Origin: Octopus vulgaris
Taxonomy: Eukaryota
Length of the DNA stretch: 64,000 nucleotides
Assembly (NCBI GenBank): GCA_951406725.2
Contig: OX597831.1
Coordinates: 21,452,001-21,516,000, forward strand
Direction: 5' to 3'
Shown here: positions 57,201 through 64,000 of the stretch, in pieces
Position numbering within the stretch: position 1 is the first letter of the stretch
Layout of the letters: the number at the start of each line of letters is the position of its first letter
Program-made: the position numbers and the translations under genes
Notes under the pieces: generated by a model
The model's input: the letters and a program-made list of their open reading frames with translations, nothing else
Told to the model about the DNA's origin: nothing
Databases searched by the model: none

Positions 57201-57752
57201 GTTCCTTCTCATAACTGCTCTTCACTTCCTAACATCGTCCCGTCACCAGCAACTGAAATTTTGACCAGACCACATAGACATATCACCTCTCGATTATTCG
57301 CTTACTATCTATTTATTCTCTTATACTATTACATATATTTCAAATTTTCACTTTTGTGCGGTCAACACTACCTGCATCCTTTCCCTTCCTCACACTGTTA
57401 TCATGAGCGAGACCACATTGTCCCGGTCACATTACATTTCCGTGTCAGCTCACATGATTGCTTATTTCCCAATGCTATTTACTGTAGCCTATTCATCTAT
57501 ATCACTTCCAGTCTGCTAATCTCGCATCTATTTATCTATCAATCTCACTATATATTAATTTTTTCCCGCTATTTCAGTTCCCTGAATAGGACGTCTGTGT
57601 TTTGCGTCTGCCTTTCACATTTCGCAAGTACTAAATTATCAAACTATATATCGGACACGTGACTGAGGTATTTTATGGAATTGATACGCACATACACTCG
57701 CAGACACACGCATACATACATATGTATAAATATGTATATATATGTGTATGTA

Positions 57753-57829
<77 letters not shown>

Positions 57830-57887
57830 GCATATATATATATATATACACATGCATACATATATATATATAAGTATATATATATGT

Positions 57888-57928
<41 letters not shown>

Positions 57929-58378
57929 CAAATATACATATATATCATATATATATATATATGTATGCATATATATATTATATATATATATACTTGTATA
58001 TGTACATTACATATATACACTCACACACACATACACACACATATACGTATGTGTGTGTCTGTGTGTGTGAGTGTAAAATCATTCTTTAAATTCCTATATC
58101 ATTTAAATACCGGATGTAAAGGATATTTTAATCCGAAAAGCCACTGATATATTTTTAGCTTAGTGACTATCGTTCATTGTTTGTTATTTCATTCTCCCTT
58201 TCAATCCGGTCTCTAATCTTATAATCTCACTATCATATTATTACTTCATATTCCCTTTTTAATGGGTCTCTCCTGTATTTTATTATTTTTTTACTTTCTG
58301 TTTTTTTAAAATCATTTTTGATATTATTATTATTGGTATTGTTGTCATTAATCTATTATTATTGTTACTATTATTATC

Positions 58379-58445
<67 letters not shown>

Positions 58446-58702
58446 AAGTAGTAGTGGTAGTAGTGGTAGTAGAAGTGCGCTCCTTTCTGAATTTTATCTC
58501 CTTATTGAAACTTTATACAGCCTCACCTATGAAGATCTATCTTATGGCTTCATCACATTTTCGCTGTTTCTATTGTTGTGTATTCTAAATGGTTATACAA
58601 ATGTTCACTTATCTATACAGGTATACATACATACAAACATACATAGATATATAAATACATACACACGTAAATACATACATGCATATATATATATATATAT
58701 AT

Positions 58703-58862
58703 ATAGTAATACAATACGAGAGTATTGCTTTCCAGTAAAGGATAGCCCGTGAGGGAAAATTATACATAAAAGCAAGTAAATGGCACAACGAAGTACCGAT
58801 ATTTACGTTCGCTATTTTCCAGTAAATATCGGTACATCGTTGTGCCATTTATTTGCTTTTAT
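58703..58862. mobile_element. Short fold-back element between (TA)n tracts
   Basis: 41-bp arms at 58766-58806 and 58822-58862. Confidence 0.65.
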
Positions 58863-58901
58863 ATATATATATATATATACTTGTACATCATCTCCAAACC
58901 T

Positions 58902-58950
<49 letters not shown>

Positions 58951-58954
58951 TGTA

Positions 58955-59324
58955 TGGCAAGTTATTTGTATTGTTTTTATAGGCTGTGAGCAGGCAGAAT
59001 CAGTTATCATCTGTGACGTGGTTTTATAATTCTGTCATGAGAAGACAAAGAAATGATTGAATATATCATAGTGAATACTCGTGGTCTAGTGGTTAGTATA
59101 CTGATAAAATACATGATAGGCGCAGGAGTGGCTGTGTGAAATGTAGCTTGCTTCCCAACCACACGGTTCCAGGTTCAGTATACTAACCACTAGACCACGA
59201 GCATTCACTATGATATATTCAATTACTTCTTTGTCTTCTCATGACAGAATTATAAAACCACGTCATAGATGATAACTGATTCTGCCTGCTCACAGCCTAT
59301 CAAAACAATACAAATAATTTGCCA
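58955..59324. repeat. ~150-bp inverted duplication with a SINE-B head in the 70-bp spacer
   Basis: Arms at 58955-59104 and 59175-59324, with few mismatches. Confidence 0.9.
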
Positions 59325-59715
59325 GTAAGGGCAAGAACAAGAACAACAGCAACGACGATGAGGAGAATAGCAATCCCACAACAAGAATGAGAATACCAAA
59401 TACAAAACCAAAAGAAGCCGTGGTGAACCAATGAATATGCATCTATGCAGTCATAGAATTTGCTTGAAATGGCAGTAATGTCTTCCAGTTCGGAGACCGA
59501 GGTATAGCTCGGGATGCTGGAGACATTTTTTTGCCTCACTAATTTAACTCCTTCCCTCATGCCCACTTACTGTTCAAATAACGAAAACTTTGTTTTAGGT
59601 TAGTTTTAGGAACATGTATTTTTATAGAATTAATCGCTTTCATTGGCCGATCAATTTGTGACAGAATCGCTCTTCTAGCATTATTATTATTAATATTATT
59701 ATTATTATTATTATT

Positions 59716-60049
59716 GGTGACCCCCTTCGGTCAGACACTGACCATGGGTTTGCACCTAGAGAGTTACCCTCTGAGGCACAAGTTTGGGCAAGGTTGTTTT
59801 ATGGAAGACCAGCAGTCGCCCATGCATACCGGCCTCCCCTCTCCACGTCACCGATGTTGTCCAAGGGAAAGGCAAGGGCCGATACAGCTTGGCACCTGTG
59901 ACGTCGCAACTCATTTCTACAGCTGAGTGAACTGGAGCAACGTGAAATAAAGTGTCTTGCTCAAGAACACAATACGCACCCCGGTCCGGGATTCGAGCTC
60001 ACAACCTCACGATCGTAAGCTCGACGCTCTAACCACTGAGCCATGTGCC
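59716..60049 (-). mobile_element. SINE family D, full length, inside (TTA)n
   Basis: Reverse complement of 10416-10737, with (TTA)n on both sides. Confidence 0.9.
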
Positions 60050-60131
<82 letters not shown>

Positions 60132-60151
60132 CATTATTATTATTATTATTA

Positions 60152-60197
<46 letters not shown>

Positions 60198-60204
60198 GAT
60201 TATT

Positions 60205-60470
60205 ATATGTTTGAGTCTTGCTTTACATTTGCACAAGTTGGTTCCATGTCTCAACCAAAGATCTCAAGAGAGAACCAATTGGAAGTTCATGTTGATGTTA
60301 TTTGTACGATGCCATATATTTCGTTTTGTACATAGTGTTGTTCTAGAGAATGTTTCAGAAAAAATAAGAAAATTATGTTTGTTTTAAAACTGAGCTTACA
60401 TAGAAAGTATTTTGCGTGGGATATGGGCAGCTCGCATGACCACTATCTTTTTAATTTCTGCCATTTGGGG
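60205..60470 (-). mobile_element. R4/Dong-like 3' end (family of 48730) in (TTA)n
   Basis: The minus strand gives MAEIKKIVVMRAAHIPRKILSM* plus a UTR matching 49090-49285. Confidence 0.8.
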
Positions 60471-60480
60471 GTTATTATTA

Positions 60481-60550
<70 letters not shown>

Positions 60551-60558
60551 CATCATCA

Positions 60559-60627
<69 letters not shown>

Positions 60628-60632
<5 letters not shown>

Positions 60633-60967
60633 TAGTTTTATTTTTATAGCGTGCTTTCACTTCACTACCGAGCACAGCTCTGTGTGCCTTGGGTATGTGC
60701 TGTGATTTGTTGTGATGCTCTGATGGTTTTTGTATGGAAAGTGTTCTGCGTAGGATGTGTGCAGTGCCTAGTAGTGCAATTTTCTGTATGTTATATGTGT
60801 TTGTAAGTCCTGGTGTTTTTGTTATGTATTTGTCTGAATATTTTTTTATCATGCCTAATGCACCTACTATGATAGGAATTGTTTCTGTTTTCAGATTCTA
60901 CATTCTAGTTACCTCTATTTCCAGGTCTTTGTATTTTGAGAGTTTCTCCATTTCTTTTCTCCATTTC

Positions 60968-60968
<1 letters not shown>
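60628..60968 (-). mobile_element. R4/Dong-like 3' end in (TTA)n
   Basis: KLSKYKDLEIEVTRM*NLKTETIPIIVGALGMIKK...NIQKIALLGTAHILRRTLSIQ, with (TAA)n on both sides. Confidence 0.9.
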
Positions 60969-61004
<36 letters not shown>

Positions 61005-62002
61005 GTTTGTGTTTTTTTGCTGTCCTTGTCCCAGACCTGCCGTGGAAGACAACTTCCAAATTGTAACCACTTTGGTTTTGTTTTCACTGACATTGTATCA
61101 AGGAGTATCATGTTCGATGTATCCTGCATTTATTTAATAGACTTAAGACAGATTTGGCAGAATATCATTTCTTGTTTCAAGCAGATTCAGCGGTCACGTA
61201 AAAATATGCTCGTTGTTTGGTCTGAAGATGTGTTAATTTTACAATTTTTTTGTCAGAAATATTGTTGGTATATTTGTCGTTATTATTATTATATCTTATT
61301 TGAATTGTTCAATTATTTCTTTTGTTATTTTTGTCGATGGTCTGTGAATTCGCGTGGCTTAGTGGTTCCGGTGTCACTGGGAGAATCTTGTGATCATGAT
61401 TTAGGATTCAGGATAAAGTGTTACGTTGTACTCTTTCTGCAAAAAGCGCTTTGTATCACGTTGTTCCAGTTCACCTAATTTTAAAGGAATAATTCTACAA
61501 CGGATTGGCGCCCGTCCGGCGGATATGTCGTAATTGCGGTCATTGATACGCCACTGAAGAAATGCAATTTTATTTTGTCGTTATTAATTTAGTGTTAATT
61601 TTGTTTTTGCTCTTAGTGTTGTCGTTGTCAAACTATATAAAATTGCCGTTATTGGCGATGATTTGTTAGTGTCATACGTCTTCTGATCGAACCAGCTATG
61701 ATGAAAGGTTTTCCTGCTATGTAATCAAATCGGCCTATAACATTCTTACAAACGATTGCAATGTCCAATGTTCCAAATTTACACATATACGCCCGCATAC
61801 ACACGCACAGAAACACGTACACATACACACATACACACAACTACACACACATACACACACACACACACACGCAAATATATATGCATACATGTATGAATGT
61901 ATGTATGTATGTATGTATGTATGCAAATAAAAAGTATTCCATGTTCTCTCAAATTTTATATATTCTTGTCACGTCAACGCAACAATATAATATATTATAA
62001 AT

Positions 62003-62233
62003 ATTTCTTTAATACCCACAAGGGGCTAAACACAGAGAGGACAAACAAGGACAGACAAAGGGATTAAGTCGATTACATCGACCCCAGTGCGCAACTGGTA
62101 CTTAATTTATCGATCCCGAAAGGATGAAAGGCAAAGTCGACCTCGGCGGAATTTGAACTCAGAACGTAACGGCAGACGAAAAACGGCCACGCATTTCGCC
62201 CGGCGTGCTAACGTTTCTGCCAGCTCGCCGCCT
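62003..62233 (-). mobile_element. SINE family C, full length
   Basis: Near-consensus copy with Nin/Deu-like domain GCCTTTCATCCTTTCGGGATCGATAAATTAAGTACCAG. Confidence 0.9.
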
Positions 62234-62406
62234 TGTAATATAATATATTATATATATATGGGTGTGTGTGTGGTTGTATATATATATGTATATATATATA
62301 TGTATATATATGTATGTATATATATAAGTATATATATATACATATGTATGTATGCATATATATATGTGCGTATATATATATATATATATATATATGCATA
62401 TAAATG

Positions 62407-62443
<37 letters not shown>

Positions 62444-62930
62444 ATAACTAAACTGAATTTTAGTTGTTATATCTCGCAAGTGAAGCAACCAGTTAGAGCT
62501 TTGTCGTTCGATTGTGAGTACAAATAAATAATAGATAGGGATGGTGTGAGGTAGAAATTGACGTTGAGAAATAGCAGCAAGAATGACAAATCACCAAATG
62601 ATTCCCAACGGCATATTTATATTTTACTTCCGTTTGTGCAAAATAAAGTAAATTTGCAAACATAATAAGAATACAAAAATTATAAGATAAAATACAACAA
62701 AAACAAGACTGAAAATTGCGGGGAAAAACACTAAAAAATCCCAGACAAACAATGTCACAAACATAACACGATCAACAGAATAAAAAAAAAAAAACGCAAC
62801 AACAACAATTACAAGTAACATTAACAATAAAATATGGAGATTAATGGAGTTGTAGAAATGAGTCTTCAACTTCCGGTGTTTACGCGATATTTATGTAATC
62901 GGAAGATAAACAAGCAGACAATGTAATTTT

Positions 62931-62967
<37 letters not shown>

Positions 62968-63411
62968 AGAGAGAAAGGGAGTGGGATGATGTGTGTGTTT
63001 GCATGTGTCATTTTAATGCGAGCAAACATCAGTTAGTTGTTGTTTAATTGAGGGTGGTGGTCATGGTTGTAAGTATGATGCTGATTATCACGGTGTATTA
63101 TAGTGTATACGGCGGTGGTAGTGTAGAAGTATGGATCTTCAGAATAGCTCGATGATCTTTAGGCATGGCTGTGTGCATGTATATTTGTACGCATGTGTAC
63201 ATGTACATGCATGCATGAATATGTGTCTGTATATGTATATGTAAATGTGAAGTGTATATATATACATATGTATGTGTATATGCATTCACACTTGTACATA
63301 TATTTATATATATATATATATATATACAAATAGAAATATATATATACATACAAACACATTTATGGAAAAACACATGTATGTATGTATGTATGTATGTATC
63401 TATCTATCTAC

Positions 63412-63448
<37 letters not shown>

Positions 63449-63792
63449 CATCTATCTATCTCTCCCCCCCTCTCTCTCTCTATATATATATATATGAATA
63501 TACGTATTTATACATATCAGTATGTGTGTGTATATATACACATAAAATTAAATATACGTATAGAAGATTAAATAACAGAAGAGGAAATGCAGATATGCTG
63601 ATATATACACACCTATATAAACAATCTTTAAGCATATAAGCATTTACATGTATAGAATATATTCATACGCGCACACACACATATACATATATATCTAAAT
63701 CTATATGTATATGTATACACCTTTATACATATGTACATACACACACTCCCACACACGTATATAAATATGTAATAAGGATGTCCAAGTATTAA

Positions 63793-63879
63793 TGCATTAC
63801 GTACGTTTCAAGCAGCACCATTTAATCGATCGATGAAAACATTACATCAATTTGAAAGAAACCGCTCTCTTCAGAAGCA
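63793..63879 (-). ncRNA. Type I hammerhead ribozyme with elongated stem II
   Basis: Minus strand UGCUU / CUGAAGA / GAGCGG...CUGCUU / GAAA / C-GUAC-G / UA / AUGCA. Stem III is palindromic, and stem I has one U.U mismatch. Confidence 0.7.
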
Positions 63880-64000
63880 GATGACCGTAAAAGTTTCCAA
63901 CATAAAACGTAAACTATTTTTAGCATTAATAGCAAATTTATATCTGTACTAGATACCAAAATAATTGCACTGTTTCCCTGTGTTATATTTTTGGCAGAAT

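Noticed and set aside
56769-57662. Longest ORF (297 aa)
   Set aside because: It is held open by a (CA)n tract and SINE remnant and has no recognisable domain.
59300-59566. Hydrophobic TM-like ORF
   Set aside because: The hydrophobicity derives from low-complexity TTG/TTC-rich sequence, and the ORF runs into the inverted duplication.

Overview
AT-rich, repeat-saturated eukaryotic DNA. It is very probably octopus or another coleoid cephalopod; this is an inference from the SINE repertoire and the extreme (TA)n/(TATC)n/(TAA)n/(CA)n load. I cannot support any intact protein-coding gene, and nearly every ORF in the supplied track is a translated microsatellite. The window contains four tRNA-derived SINE families in many copies and decayed Tc1/mariner transposons. 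It also holds 3' ends of RTE/BovB, R4/Dong and probable Tx1 LINEs, and a probable Helitron 5' end. The most interesting signal is a set of short elements embedded in (TA)n tracts that carry type I hammerhead ribozyme (HHR) motifs. Four have fully intact cores: 40768-40810(-), 40887-40929(+), 44304-44389(-) and 63793-63879(-). Many of these elements are folded back into inverted repeats, consistent with Penelope-like element (PLE) pseudo-LTRs or retrozyme-like derivatives. Each retroelement class appears to sit in its own microsatellite type, and several local templated inverted duplications are visible. A few weak minus-strand exon candidates exist but are unproven. All structures and family assignments were made by eye.
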